Source of the DNA: an uncultured bacterium
GTDB taxonomy: Bacteria; Oederibacteriota; Oederibacteriia; Oederibacteriales; Oederibacteriaceae
Reading direction: 5' to 3'
Assembly (NCBI GenBank): GCA_965112635.1
Contig: OZ218778.1
Span: 2,752,001 to 2,816,000 of the forward strand
Length of the DNA: 64,000 bases
Part shown: one piece after another, positions 45,898 through 57,448 of the stretch
How the letters are laid out: every line of letters begins with the position of its first letter
Position numbering within the stretch: the stretch's first letter is position 1
Notes under the pieces: model-generated
Told to the model about the DNA's origin: nothing
Database searches by the model: none
Seen by the model: only the letters and a program-made list of their open reading frames with translations
Position numbers and translations under genes: made by a program

Positions 45898-48699
45898 TCA
45901 ACCGATATGCTTGACGCAGCGTTCGCACAGTTCCGGGTGCCGGGCATCCTGTCCGACCTTTTCGCTGTAGTTCCAGCAGCGACCGCACTTCTGGCCCTTG
46001 GCCTTGGTCACGCTGACCGCCATATCTTTGACCTCGCCCTGGAACGCCCCCTGCCCGGTCTGGCCATCCTTGGCCAGCTCCACTTGGGACACGATGAAGA
46101 GCATGGGGAGGTCCTGCTCCAGTTGTTTTAATAGGTCAAGAGTTTCGCCTGCCTTGACCCCCAGGGTCACCCGCGCCTCCAGGCCCGTGCCGATGGTCTT
46201 GGCTTGCCGGGCGATTTCCAGCGTTTTGGACACGTCGCTTTTGACAGCGATGAGCTTTTGCCATTTCTGCCACAGCCCTTCGTTCTCCCACTCCTTGGGG
46301 GCCGCAGGCCAGCCGCTCAAATGCACGCTCTCCGCTTCTTTCATGAGCAGAGGGCTGTTCTGCCACACCTCTTCAGCGGTAAAGGAAAGCACCGGCGCCA
46401 TGGTCTTGGTCAGCACCTGGAGAATGGCGTAAAGCACGGTCTGGGCCGACCGCCTTTCCCTGGAATCCCCGGGGAAGGTATAAAGCCTGTCCTTTAAAAT
46501 ATCGAAGTAAAAAGCGCTTAAATTGACGCTGCAATACTGGTGCAGCCGCTGGTAGAACTTGTAAAAATCAAAGGCTTCGAAGTTGGCCGTGGCGTCCTTG
46601 AGGTAAAGGGCCAGTTCATGCAGGGCGAATCGGTCTATTTCCAGGAGGCTGGCATAGGGGACCGTGTGCCTGTCCGGCTCAAAGCCGTGCAGGTTGCCCA
46701 GGATGTAACGGCAGGTGTTGCGCAGCCTGCGGTAGGCGTCGGTCAGCCTCTGCAGGATCTCTTCGGACAGCCGCACGTCCTCCTGGTAGTTCTCGGATGC
46801 CACCCACAGCCTCAGGATATCGGCCCCGTACTTGCCCGTGATCTCCTGGGGCGCCATGGCGTTGCCCGCGGACTTGTGCATGGCCAAACCCTTGCCGTCC
46901 AGCACCCAGCCGTGCGTCAGCACGGAGCGGTAGGGCGCCGTGCCTTTGGTCGCGCAGCTGGTGATGAGCGAATACTGGAACCAGCAGCGGTGCTGGTCGC
47001 TCCCCTCCAGATACAGGTCCGCGGGGAAGGTCAGGCCGAACTTTTCGTTGAGGACCGCCGCGTGGGAGAGCCCCGAGTCGAACCACACGTCCAAAATGTC
47101 CTTTTCCTTCTGGAAAGAGGTGGAGCCGCATTTGGTGCACTTGCATCCGGCCGGCATGAGCTGGGAGGCCTCCTCGATGAACCAGGCATCCGCCCCGTTC
47201 TTCTTGACCTCTTCCACGATCTTCTTGAAGGTCGCCTCGCTGTAAAAAGTCTCCCCGCACTTGGAGCAGTAAAAGAGCGGCAGGGGCACTCCCCAGTAAC
47301 GCTGCCGGGAAATGCACCAGTCCGGCCTCATCTCCACCATGGCCGTGATGCGGCGCTCGGCCGCGGCCGGGAACCATTTCACCTTGGTGATGCTCTCGAC
47401 CATCTTTTTGCGCAGGTCCTTGTGGTCTATCTTGAGGAACCACTGCCGGGTGGCCCGGTAGACCACCGGGTTCTTGCACCGCCAGCAGTGCGGGTAGGTG
47501 TGGTTGAGCTTGCCCTCGCTGACCAAATTGCCCTTTTCCTTGAGGATGCGGATCACTTCGGGGTTGGCGTCGAACACGAACTTGCCCAGCAGGCCGAAAT
47601 TCTTGAGCTGCGGCTCCTCGTCCGTGAACCTGCCCTTGTTGTCCACCGGCGACAGGATGGGAAGTTTGTACCGGACGCCCGTGTGGTAGTCCTCTTCGCC
47701 GTGCCCCGGGGCCGTATGCACGCAGCCCGTGCCGTCCTCTTTGGTCACATAGGTGGCCAGGACGCCCCGGGAATCTTTTTGCAGGAAAGGATGCTCCAAA
47801 ACGCAACCCTCCAAAAGGCCGCCCTTGGCCGTGCCGATCTCCTTGCCCTTGAAAAGCCCTTGTTCCATAAGGGGATTGACACGGTCTTTGACCAGGACGA
47901 GGACCTCCGTATCGGTCTCCACGGCGGAATACTCAAAATCGGGATGGAAGGCCACGGCCACGTTGGCCGGAAGGGTCCACGGGGTCGTGGTCCAGATGAG
48001 CACATAGACCGGTTTGTCCGGAAGCTTGGGGAAGGCCTTGGCCAGGCCGGACTTGGCCTTGAACCTGACATAGATGGAAGCCGACTCGTGGTCGTGGTAC
48101 TCCACCTCGGCGTCAGCCAAAGCCGTCTCGCACGAGGCGCACCAGTAAACGGGCTTGAAGCCCCGGGTCACGTAACCCTGTAGGACCAGCTGGCCGAACA
48201 CTTCTATTATTTTCGCCTCGTATTCGTAGTCCATGGTGATGTAGGCGTGGTCCCAGTCCCCGAAAACGCCCAGGTCCCGGAACTGCTTCTTCTGCACATC
48301 CACGAACTTCTGGGCGTACTGCCGGCACTCCTTGCGGAACTTCTCCGGGTTGGCCGCCGCGTAGTCCTTGGGTTTGTCCTTGGCCAGCTGGTGTTCGATG
48401 GGCAGGCCGTGGCAGTCCCATCCCGGCACGTAGGGCGCGTCCATCCCGGCCTGGGACTTGTATTTGACGATGAAGTCTTTGAGGACCTTGTTGAGGGCCG
48501 TGCCCATGTGGATGTCGCCGTTGGCGTAAGGCGGGCCGTCGTGCAAAAGGTAGGTCGGCCTCCCCTGCCGCAGCTGGCGCAGCTTAAGGTAGGTCCCCTG
48601 GTCTTCCCAGAACTTGAGCCACTTGGGCCCCTGCTTGGCCAGGTCCCCTTTCATGGGAAAGGACGTTTCGGGTAAATTTAAAGTGTCTTTGTATGCCAT
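45898..48699 (-). CDS. ileS: isoleucine--tRNA ligase (type 1)
   Basis: [52 protein letters not shown]-terminal CxRCW zinc finger. Confidence 0.98.
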   Translation of the reverse strand: MAYKDTLNLPETSFPMKGDLAKQGPKWLKFWEDQGTYLKLRQLRQGRPTYLLHDGPPYANGDIHMGTALNKVLKDFIVKYKSQAGMDAPYVPGWDCHGLPIEHQLAKDKPKDYAAANPEKFRKECRQYAQKFVDVQKKQFRDLGVFGDWDHAYITMDYEYEAKIIEVFGQLVLQGYVTRGFKPVYWCASCETALADAEVEYHDHESASIYVRFKAKSGLAKAFPKLPDKPVYVLIWTTTPWTLPANVAVAFHPDFEYSAVETDTEVLVLVKDRVNPLMEQGLFKGKEIGTAKGGLLEGCVLEHPFLQKDSRGVLATYVTKEDGTGCVHTAPGHGEEDYHTGVRYKLPILSPVDNKGRFTDEEPQLKNFGLLGKFVFDANPEVIRILKEKGNLVSEGKLNHTYPHCWRCKNPVVYRATRQWFLKIDHKDLRKKMVESITKVKWFPAAAERRITAMVEMRPDWCISRQRYWGVPLPLFYCSKCGETFYSEATFKKIVEEVKKNGADAWFIEEASQLMPAGCKCTKCGSTSFQKEKDILDVWFDSGLSHAAVLNEKFGLTFPADLYLEGSDQHRCWFQYSLITSCATKGTAPYRSVLTHGWVLDGKGLAMHKSAGNAMAPQEITGKYGADILRLWVASENYQEDVRLSEEILQRLTDAYRRLRNTCRYILGNLHGFEPDRHTVPYASLLEIDRFALHELALYLKDATANFEAFDFYKFYQRLHQYCSVNLSAFYFDILKDRLYTFPGDSRERRSAQTVLYAILQVLTKTMAPVLSFTAEEVWQNSPLLMKEAESVHLSGWPAAPKEWENEGLWQKWQKLIAVKSDVSKTLEIARQAKTIGTGLEARVTLGVKAGETLDLLKQLEQDLPMLFIVSQVELAKDGQTGQGAFQGEVKDMAVSVTKAKGQKCGRCWNYSEKVGQDARHPELCERCVKHIG

Positions 48700-48756
48700 C
48701 GCTTGGTCTCTTTTCGGCTCCCTGTCAGTATCCGGATCCCCCAAAAGGGTGTCCGC

Positions 48757-49809
<1,053 letters not shown>

Positions 49810-49833
49810 GCTGTCCTCCTCTGGACTTTTAGA

Positions 49834-50655
49834 TTAAACTTTTACTTTTTGAACGACCAGCCGCATCAGCTTGGTGAGCTTGGGCTCGGTCTGCATGGCG
49901 ATGCGGATGATGGTCGGCACGTCCGCCGCTTTCAGGTTCTCCGGAACGCATTCGTCGGTCACCACCGAGATGCCCAGGACCCGCATCCCGCTGTGCCTCG
50001 CCACGATCACCTCGGGCACCGTGGACATCCCGATCACGTCCGCGCCGATGGTGCGCAGGAACCGGTATTCCGCGGCGGTCTCCAGGCTGGGCCCGGTCAT
50101 GGCCGCGTAAACTCCCGTGTGGCACCGTATCTTCTGCTCCTGGGCGATCTTAGCGGCCAGCTGGATAAGGGCCGGGTCGTAGGTCCCGAACATGTCCAGG
50201 AACCTGGGCCCCAGACCGTTATCATTGGGGCCGATCAAGGGGTTGTCGCCCAACAGGTTGATGTGGTCGCTGATGACCATCAGGTCGCCGGGACGGTAGA
50301 GCCCGTTGATGCCCCCGCAGGCATTGGAGACCAGCAGGACCTTGGCGCCGAGAGCTTTCATCACCCGCACCGGGAAAGTGACCTGCTGGAGAGTGTAACC
50401 CTCGTAACGGTGGAAGCGGCCCTCCATGGCCACGACCTTTTTACCGGCCAGTTTGCCCAAAGCCAGCTGGCCTGTATGGGTCTCCACGGTGGATAAGGGG
50501 AAATGGGGGATGTTCTTGTAAGGGATGACGGTTTTTGACTTGATTTCCTTGGCCAAAGCGCCCAAACCCGTACCCAGGATGATGGCGATATCAGGCTTGG
50601 ATCTGGAATACTGCCGGATGGTTTCGCAGGCTTCCTGTATCTGTTGCTTTAACAA
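49834..50655 (-). CDS. punA: purine nucleoside phosphorylase (trimeric PNP I type)
   Basis: IILGTGLG, GRFHRYEG, SNACGG, GPSLET, GMSTVPE. TTG 50655 follows GAGGAGG. Confidence 0.92.
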   Translation of the reverse strand: MLKQQIQEACETIRQYSRSKPDIAIILGTGLGALAKEIKSKTVIPYKNIPHFPLSTVETHTGQLALGKLAGKKVVAMEGRFHRYEGYTLQQVTFPVRVMKALGAKVLLVSNACGGINGLYRPGDLMVISDHINLLGDNPLIGPNDNGLGPRFLDMFGTYDPALIQLAAKIAQEQKIRCHTGVYAAMTGPSLETAAEYRFLRTIGADVIGMSTVPEVIVARHSGMRVLGISVVTDECVPENLKAADVPTIIRIAMQTEPKLTKLMRLVVQKVKV

Positions 50656-50785
50656 ATACCATACCTCCTCGGTGCGTTTTGGAGTAAACACTTTAACACA
50701 ACGAGGTTATTCCCTCAACCCCGTATCCAAATCGTTGTTTTCCCCTTGTAAAACAAGGAGGAAGGCTGGGGCTTAAAACCCGGAT

Positions 50786-51097
50786 TTACCTCTGCCAGAG
50801 CAGGGTGTAGCTGGAAAGCCAGAATAGGAGGGGCGAGAGGTACCTGACGCACAGGAAGCACAGCGCCAGGGCAATGATGGGGCAAAGCAGGCTGGAATCG
50901 AACTGCCCGATGAACCTGTCCACGAACTTTTTGACCAGGTTGACGAACCAGTCGCTCCACCCGGCCCATTTCCTGAACAGCCGCATCCTGTGGGAAGGCA
51001 CGAAGAACAGGAGGACCTTCAAGAGGATGAGGAGGAACAGGATGGTAAAGAGCGTGTCGAACGCCCACACGATGCCGGAGAGGATCCAGTGCAGCAA
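50786..51097 (-). CDS. YggT-like membrane protein
   Basis: TTG 5 nt after GGAGG overlapping the proC stop; TM, then IGQFDSSLLCPIIAL; usual proC-yggT linkage. Confidence 0.65.
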   Translation of the reverse strand: MLHWILSGIVWAFDTLFTILFLLILLKVLLFFVPSHRMRLFRKWAGWSDWFVNLVKKFVDRFIGQFDSSLLCPIIALALCFLCVRYLSPLLFWLSSYTLLWQR

Positions 51098-51098
51098 G

Positions 51099-51911
51099 TT
51101 AACCTCCGGAAAGCTGGCGCGACCGGCGCCAGGCCGCCGCGAGGGCCTGCTGGACGATTGTCTTGAACTTCTTGCTCTCAAAAACCTCCAAGGCCGCCTG
51201 GGTCGTGCCGCCTTTGGAGGTCACCTTTTGCCGTAAAACCGCCGGGTCCTCCCCGGTTTGCCGGGCCAGGACACTGGCTCCTCCCACGGTCTGCAGGGCC
51301 AGCGCCAAACTGGTCTCTCGGCCTAAACCCAGCTTGGCTCCTGCCTCCTGCAAAGCCTCCAGTAACAGGAATACATAGGCCGGCCCGCTGCCGCTCAGGG
51401 CCGTGACCGCGTCCAGCTGCTTTTCCGGCAAACAGAGCGCCTTGCCCACGGCCTGGAAAAGGCCCAGGGCCATTTGCTCCTGCTTCCTGCCGGCGTATCT
51501 TCCCCTGCTGATGACCGACATGGCCTCTCCGACCAGGGCCGGGGTGTTGGGCATGACCCGGATAAGAGGCACTTTGGCCACGAACTGTTTTTGGAGCCTG
51601 TCGAGCCGCACTCCGGCTGCAATGGAAACGACCGTCTGCCCGGCTTCGACCACGTCGCCTATCTCACCAAGCACAGCGTCCATCATCTGGGGCTTGACGC
51701 ACAGCACAATGACCTTGGCCTTGAGGCAAACCTCGATATTGGTGGAGCAGGCCTGGATGCCGCTCTTGTTCGCCAGCTTCTTGACCTTAAGCCTGTCCAC
51801 ATCGCTGGCCAAAACTTGGCTGGGCTTGGCCCATTTGGCCTTTAAAATGCCTTTGATCAAGGCCTCAGCCATATTGCCCGCGCCGATAAACCCTATCTTG
51901 CCTTGGAACAT
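51099..51911 (-). CDS. proC: pyrroline-5-carboxylate reductase
   Basis: GFIGAGNM, VKPQ, RVMPNTP, SGSGPAY, VTSKGGTT. Confidence 0.97.
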   Translation of the reverse strand: MFQGKIGFIGAGNMAEALIKGILKAKWAKPSQVLASDVDRLKVKKLANKSGIQACSTNIEVCLKAKVIVLCVKPQMMDAVLGEIGDVVEAGQTVVSIAAGVRLDRLQKQFVAKVPLIRVMPNTPALVGEAMSVISRGRYAGRKQEQMALGLFQAVGKALCLPEKQLDAVTALSGSGPAYVFLLLEALQEAGAKLGLGRETSLALALQTVGGASVLARQTGEDPAVLRQKVTSKGGTTQAALEVFESKKFKTIVQQALAAAWRRSRQLSGG

Positions 51912-51941
51912 CTCAAAACTCCTTCTTTAATAGATGGCTCC

Positions 51942-53057
51942 CTAGATCCCCAATTCCTTTTCCATGGCTTTGGCCTGCTCCGGCGATTCCGCGTTGGTGG
52001 AAAGGAACAGTCCGGCCTTGTTGAACCGCTTGGTGAAACCGACCACATCCTTGGCCGGCAGGTTGATGACGATCCGCTTATTTCCCTTTTGGATACGGTC
52101 ATAAAGGGGATACCATTCCGGGTCCTCGCACTGGGGCTTGTTCGCTCCGGGCACCCACTGGATGGCGTCCAGTTCCGGGATGGCCAGCAAAAGGTCCAGG
52201 TGCGGGATCTCGCCGACCCCGTCCCAGTGGTAAACGCTGTTCTGCAGATACTGGCACTGGTCCCTCAGGATGGGAGCGATGAGCTTTTCAAAATGCCTGG
52301 GCGAGATCATGTAGGAAAAATCAGCCTGCAAAGGATACCACCGCTGGGGCGCCCACAGGCCCATCCAGGCCGAGCTGCCGTCGTTGCCTTCGGCCTGGTG
52401 GAGCTGGTAAAGCTCCTCGTAGGCCTGCTTCCACAGCTTGTTGATATGCCAGCACGCCTCCAAAACCAGGTCAGTCTCCGCGGCCACGTCCTCGATGAGC
52501 TGGAGGCTGGTGCGCAGGGACGCCAGGATGTCGATATTGCCCCCCAGGTCCGGGATACCCACATGGTAGCGGTCTTTCCTGTTACGCAGGAGTATCTTGG
52601 TCATCTCCAGCGTCCTTTTCCACCAGATGTTCTCCGGGTCCAGTTTGAGGGACATGATCTTGTCCCAGGCCATGGGCTCGGAGAGCTCGAACCAGCTGGT
52701 GTCGCCTTCCTTGCTGAACTTGAGGAAACCGGTCAGGCAGGCCGCCAAAGAGCCCGGCCCGAAATTGACGAAGAAATAGGGGTAGGCGTGCCCAAAAAAC
52801 TCCTCGTTATCAAAATGGCGGTCGTAACTTTCCAAAAGCTCATTGATCCGGCTCATATCGGTCTGTCCCGACCCGGTCAGCCACTGCATCGTCCACCACC
52901 AGGGGTCCTGGCCCTTCATCCAGTCGTACTTTTTCTGGGGTGCGGCATTGGCCTTGCGGTAGTTGATCTCCACCACCGGGCTGCCATGGGGGGTTTTCCA
53001 GTAATTAAGGAACCCCTGCTTGGCCCGTTTCCCGTTCCTCAGCTCTTCGAATTTCAT
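51942..53057 (-). CDS. URO-D/MT2-fold TIM-barrel protein of unknown function (paralog A)
   Basis: GPGSLAA, GGNIDILASLR, LQADFSYMISP, YHWDG, IQWVPGA. Confidence 0.7.
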   Translation of the reverse strand: MKFEELRNGKRAKQGFLNYWKTPHGSPVVEINYRKANAAPQKKYDWMKGQDPWWWTMQWLTGSGQTDMSRINELLESYDRHFDNEEFFGHAYPYFFVNFGPGSLAACLTGFLKFSKEGDTSWFELSEPMAWDKIMSLKLDPENIWWKRTLEMTKILLRNRKDRYHVGIPDLGGNIDILASLRTSLQLIEDVAAETDLVLEACWHINKLWKQAYEELYQLHQAEGNDGSSAWMGLWAPQRWYPLQADFSYMISPRHFEKLIAPILRDQCQYLQNSVYHWDGVGEIPHLDLLLAIPELDAIQWVPGANKPQCEDPEWYPLYDRIQKGNKRIVINLPAKDVVGFTKRFNKAGLFLSTNAESPEQAKAMEKELGI

Positions 53058-53113
53058 TTATGCCTCCCTGGATCACGAATCAAAGAAATATTGCACAACA
53101 CTCTAACACACCC

Positions 53114-54739
53114 CTAAGACTCACTCAACCCCGTGCCGCAGACGAACACCTCCGCGCCCAGCTCCCTCATGGCCCCGGCCTTGGCCAGCAGGGCGAGCCG
53201 GGCCTTTTCCATCGTTGGGGCATAGGCGACCTGGATATGGTTGGATTTATGCCGGGCCATGAACTGGTCCCGGCTGATGCCTTTTAAAACCGCGTTCATC
53301 ATAGGCCACTGGGGAGTGGTCAGCCTCCACCTCTCCGCAACCTCATGGTCCGGAAGTTGGACACACTCAGCCAGGCCGATATCCATTTTGACCCTGTTGT
53401 TTTGCACGAAAACCCTGCTCCAGACAATGGGTCCAGGCTTGCTCACCCCCCGGATGGTGGACCCGCCTTGGGGAAAGAACATGGCCGGCTGCCTCATGCC
53501 CACAGCGTCCCGATATCCCCTGGGAAAATGGACCGGAGGGACCGCTCCGGAAATGAGGAAAAGCCAGACAAATTCATCTTTGCCGTCCATCCAGTATGTC
53601 CGGCCCCAGCGCACGTCGTGCAGGGTGTTTTCCGGGCTCAGGCCCAGTTTGCGCCAGATGCGATAGGTGATGAGGCCGTCCACGCCCGCACTCTCGTCGA
53701 CTTCGTTGAAATGGGGCACGGCCTCTCCGCTGAAAAGCACCTTGCCAGTGGTCTCATGGCGCACCGGCGGCCGGTCTACATTATTAAGTAGTCCCTCGAC
53801 CAGGTCAGAGGCCGGGCACAGGTCTTTAAGACCTTGCTGGTATTGGATGCCGATGACCGAACAGCCGAATTCGTCCGCTATCCGGACAGCGGCTACATAC
53901 ATCTTGCACTGGCCCAGCACTTGCTTGAGGGTCAGGTCGGTCTTTTCGTTCTTCCCGAACTGGAACCGCATGCCTTTTTTGACCAGCCAGTTATAAACCT
54001 GCCGGGCCTCCTGGTCGAACACGGTCAGCATCCTGGCATACAGGGCCGACTGACTTAGCCGCTCCTTGAAAATACCCAGCGGATGCAAAAGCTCTTCGGG
54101 GATGATGGCGTTGAACATACCCATGCACCCCTCGTCAAAACAGCCCATGATGGCCTTGTTCTTCAGTAGGTCGCTGGCCACTGCCTTAGCCGCGGCTTTG
54201 GCCCTGGCCGGAATATTATATTCTTTAAGCGGATGGACATGGCTCAGGTCGTGTTTCACCAAACCTTTGGCGAGCCAGGACCTCAAACCTCTGAGGAAAA
54301 ATTCATCCGTAAAGTCTTCGCTCCACAAAGAACTGTAGGGGATATTGGCCTTGGCCAGGCAGGCGCACAGGTTCAGCATCCCCACCAGGCCGGGCCACTG
54401 TCCGCTCCAGTTGGCTACCACCAGGATGGGGCCGGTGTGGGTGTAGAGACCGGGAAGCACATGGTGGCTGTATTCCCAAACCGCCTCAGCCACGACCAGA
54501 GGCGCGTCAACCGGTATCTTTTTGAAAACCTCCATTCCCATCTTCTGGCTGTGAATGAAACTGTGCTTTTCCACGGGGTCATAGCCATGCGCCCGCTGGA
54601 CCGACCAGCCCTGGGCCCTGATAGCCGCTATAAGTTTTGATTCCATTGCTCTCTGGGCTGCTTCGCATTCCTGGTTGGCCGAAAGCCTGAGGTCGCCGTT
54701 GGCGATAAGGTAAACCGTCTTAGCTTGTTTTCTAGCCAT
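53114..54739 (-). CDS. L-fucose/L-arabinose-isomerase-like protein
   Basis: FDEGCMGM, GIQYQQG, PHFNEVD, TLHDVRWG, SNHIQVAY; FucI-like metal ligands. Substrate unknown. Confidence 0.7.
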   Translation of the reverse strand: MARKQAKTVYLIANGDLRLSANQECEAAQRAMESKLIAAIRAQGWSVQRAHGYDPVEKHSFIHSQKMGMEVFKKIPVDAPLVVAEAVWEYSHHVLPGLYTHTGPILVVANWSGQWPGLVGMLNLCACLAKANIPYSSLWSEDFTDEFFLRGLRSWLAKGLVKHDLSHVHPLKEYNIPARAKAAAKAVASDLLKNKAIMGCFDEGCMGMFNAIIPEELLHPLGIFKERLSQSALYARMLTVFDQEARQVYNWLVKKGMRFQFGKNEKTDLTLKQVLGQCKMYVAAVRIADEFGCSVIGIQYQQGLKDLCPASDLVEGLLNNVDRPPVRHETTGKVLFSGEAVPHFNEVDESAGVDGLITYRIWRKLGLSPENTLHDVRWGRTYWMDGKDEFVWLFLISGAVPPVHFPRGYRDAVGMRQPAMFFPQGGSTIRGVSKPGPIVWSRVFVQNNRVKMDIGLAECVQLPDHEVAERWRLTTPQWPMMNAVLKGISRDQFMARHKSNHIQVAYAPTMEKARLALLAKAGAMRELGAEVFVCGTGLSES

Positions 54740-54751
54740 ACTCGTCCTTTT

Positions 54752-55786
54752 TTAAAATAGCCTGGGGGAAAGCTTGATCTTTAGCGTTTTGGCGTGTTTT
54801 TTCAGGCCTTTTGCGGTCAGGCCCAGGTCAATGGTATCCGTTGATTTAACCTTGGCCGAGGCCAGCAAAGTGGCCAATCCCATGGCCGAGGCCACGGTTC
54901 TTTTATCCGCCTGCCCCTTGTTGAGGAAAGGCAAACCTTTGGCCAGGCCAATGATGAGTCCGGAAACGAACGCGTCCCCTGCCCCGGCTGAATTGACCGC
55001 CTTGACCTTAAAGCTGGGGAAAAACTGCCAGCCGCCCGCCTCATAACCATAGGCGCCCTTGCTTCCCAGAGTTACGGATATCCTCACAGCCGGGTTGAAC
55101 TTCCTGAGCAGCCCGGCAGTCCTGTGCAGCACCCGGCTAACCTTGGCCTTAGCGCTGACCCCGGCCAACGCGCTAGCCTCGTCCTCGTTCAAACACACCA
55201 GGTCTGTCTTGCTGAACATCCTCATCCTCAGAGCCTGCCTGGCTTCGCCTGAGGTGATGGCCGCGATGCGGAAAAACCTATACTGCTGAGCCAGGGTAAG
55301 AAGCCTCATCCGGGCTGCGATGGGCACTTCTGGCGCGGCCAGGGCTAGGCCGCGGCCGGTATACTTTTTAAAAACCGATAACAGGGCCTGCATGTCTTTG
55401 GGGGTAACCCGGGAGCTGGCGCTGTCCTTGGTCGTGATATTCCCGCCTGAACGGTCAGGATACAGGAAACAGGTGGAAAAAAGAGTAGGTACTCCGGGGA
55501 TGGTTTTGACGCAAGAGGTGTCTATACCGGCTTTTTTCATCAGGCCCAGCAAATCCTGGCCTGCCCTGTCTTTCCCCACCGCTCCGGCCAGCACGACTTT
55601 GAATTTTTTTCCGAGCAGTTTGGCCGGATAATGGAGGATGATGTGGCCTTTGCAAAAATCATGGAAATTTCGCAGGCGTGCACCCCGGCTTTCGTTCCTG
55701 CCCAGGGTATGGTGGCCTTCCAGCTCGAAGAAATCGCCCGACCCGATGCCGCCCGTGCCGACCAGGCAGGCGTAGCAGGAGGACAT
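54752..55786 (-). CDS. PfkB family carbohydrate kinase
   Basis: GAVGKD..G, LNEDEA, VTLGSKG, NSAGAGDAF. Alternative start at 55804. Confidence 0.88.
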   Translation of the reverse strand: MSSCYACLVGTGGIGSGDFFELEGHHTLGRNESRGARLRNFHDFCKGHIILHYPAKLLGKKFKVVLAGAVGKDRAGQDLLGLMKKAGIDTSCVKTIPGVPTLFSTCFLYPDRSGGNITTKDSASSRVTPKDMQALLSVFKKYTGRGLALAAPEVPIAARMRLLTLAQQYRFFRIAAITSGEARQALRMRMFSKTDLVCLNEDEASALAGVSAKAKVSRVLHRTAGLLRKFNPAVRISVTLGSKGAYGYEAGGWQFFPSFKVKAVNSAGAGDAFVSGLIIGLAKGLPFLNKGQADKRTVASAMGLATLLASAKVKSTDTIDLGLTAKGLKKHAKTLKIKLSPRLF

Positions 55787-55788
55787 TT

Positions 55789-56676
55789 TCAAAGCAGTTC
55801 CCATTCCGGGTGGACGCTGATGGGATGCGTGGCGGTCTCTATGGTCGCGGTGATGACAGCGTCAGGATGTTTTTGGAGCAGGGTCATGGGATATTCCGGC
55901 GTGAGGGGCCCGAACAAGGCGACCCGCAAAGCCGTCTGTTTCCAGGCTCCCGTGTCGCTGAATACCCTCACTTTTTTGGCGGACAGGCACTGCTTGATGC
56001 CCAGGGTGATGGACATGGGCGGCACGAACTGGTAAGCCGCGCCAAAAGTCCTTTGGGCCAGGGCCAAAACCGTGTCCCAGTTGTTGTCCTGCATCCTCAC
56101 GGTCGCGTTTTTGAGGTCCTCGATATTGACCTTGCTGTAAGGGTGCCTGCGGGTCTGGTTGTAGGCCACATGACCGTCCTGCCCCCAGCCTCCCAGGGTG
56201 AAATCCACCGGGGCCTCTGCAATGCGCCGCTCCACTTCCAGGAAGGTATTGGGCAAAAGCCAGTGTCTGTGATACTCCGGTACGGCCAGGTCCGGATTGA
56301 TGCCGCCGTAAAAATGCTTTTCCATGAAAGTCTTGAAATTGTAGGGGTGGTTCTTGGGCAGCAAACGGCCCTGCCAGTCCAAGCACTCGTCCATATGGAA
56401 CACTTCGAGGTTCCTCAGGCTCACCTTTTCCTTGTTGACCAGGCGGGTAAAAGGCTCATACCAGCACGCGGGCCCGCAGGGAATGATGGCACGGGTCTGC
56501 TCGCCTTTTTTATTGTGCTTCTTGATCTCGTCCGCCAGTTCCCGGGCCATCAGCCGGCCCATGGCCGCGCTGTCCTTGACCAGCCTGAAAGGGACTTTGG
56601 CCTTCCGGTGGCCGGCTAGTTTTTTGGCTGGGATTTTGCACCACTCATACAGGTCTTTTAACAGGATGTCCGCCAT
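55789..56676 (-). CDS. NagB/glucosamine-6-phosphate-isomerase-like protein
   Basis: IIPCGP, FHMDE, GGWGQDGHVAYN, SITLG, YPMTLLQKHP. Confidence 0.8.
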   Translation of the reverse strand: MADILLKDLYEWCKIPAKKLAGHRKAKVPFRLVKDSAAMGRLMARELADEIKKHNKKGEQTRAIIPCGPACWYEPFTRLVNKEKVSLRNLEVFHMDECLDWQGRLLPKNHPYNFKTFMEKHFYGGINPDLAVPEYHRHWLLPNTFLEVERRIAEAPVDFTLGGWGQDGHVAYNQTRRHPYSKVNIEDLKNATVRMQDNNWDTVLALAQRTFGAAYQFVPPMSITLGIKQCLSAKKVRVFSDTGAWKQTALRVALFGPLTPEYPMTLLQKHPDAVITATIETATHPISVHPEWELL

Positions 56677-56690
56677 GTTCTCTCCTCAGT

Positions 56691-57377
56691 TTATTTGATC
56701 TTGTAAAAAATGTTTTTGCGTTTGGCTGCCTGACCGTAAACATGATGGTAACGGTAGTAATACTTCTGCGCTTCCCTGGCCGGCAGGGGTTTGGGGTTGC
56801 CCAACAGCAGGGCCAGATGGCAGGTCTTGGCGATATCCTCTATCATCACCGCCGCCTTGACCGCAGCCACTGGGTCCTTGCCAAAGGTGAACACCCCGTG
56901 CTGCCTCACCAGCACTGCCGGCATCTGGGAGTTTTTAAGAGTTTCCCAAATGGCCCTGCCCGTGTCGTCCGGGTCTGAAGAGGCGAACCGGGTCACGGGC
57001 ACGGTCTCGCCGAACTCATCCGCGTGGCTGGTCAGATAGACCGGCAAAGGCTTGCCCAACAGGGCGAAACTGGTGGCATAGTTGGAATGGGTGTGGACAA
57101 TGCCGCCCAGGTCCGGCCTTTTGAGGTAGATGAGCAGATGGGAAAGCGAGTCCACCGAGGGCGCGTGCTTGCCCCCCACCACATCTCCCTTGCTGCTGAC
57201 CACGACCATATCCGTAGGTTTTAATTTGTCGAAAGCCACGCCGCTGGGCTTGATGACCATGCACCTGGTCTTCCGGTCAAACCCGCTGACATTGCCGCTA
57301 GTCATAGTCACCAGGCCGTGGCCCGGTAAGGACCGGTTCATTGCGCAAACCTGTTTTTTCAGAGCTTCAAGCATCAC
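56691..57377 (-). CDS. araD: L-ribulose-5-phosphate 4-epimerase (class II aldolase family)
   Basis: SGNVS, IKPSGV, PSVD..SH, VHTHS, HADEFG, QHGV, C-terminal YGQ. Confidence 0.85.
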   Translation of the reverse strand: MMLEALKKQVCAMNRSLPGHGLVTMTSGNVSGFDRKTRCMVIKPSGVAFDKLKPTDMVVVSSKGDVVGGKHAPSVDSLSHLLIYLKRPDLGGIVHTHSNYATSFALLGKPLPVYLTSHADEFGETVPVTRFASSDPDDTGRAIWETLKNSQMPAVLVRQHGVFTFGKDPVAAVKAAVMIEDIAKTCHLALLLGNPKPLPAREAQKYYYRYHHVYGQAAKRKNIFYKIK

Positions 57378-57406
57378 GCCCCCCGTTTTGAAAATAAGAT
57401 ATCCTG

Positions 57407-57415
57407 ATTATAACA
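57407..57415 (-). promoter_or_regulatory. putative extended -10 promoter for araD-nagB-pfkB-fucI unit
   Basis: TGtTATAAT about 30 nt upstream of araD. Confidence 0.4.
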
Positions 57416-57448
57416 AACTTTCCCTGCCGGGTCTTTTCCAGTCGCGGC

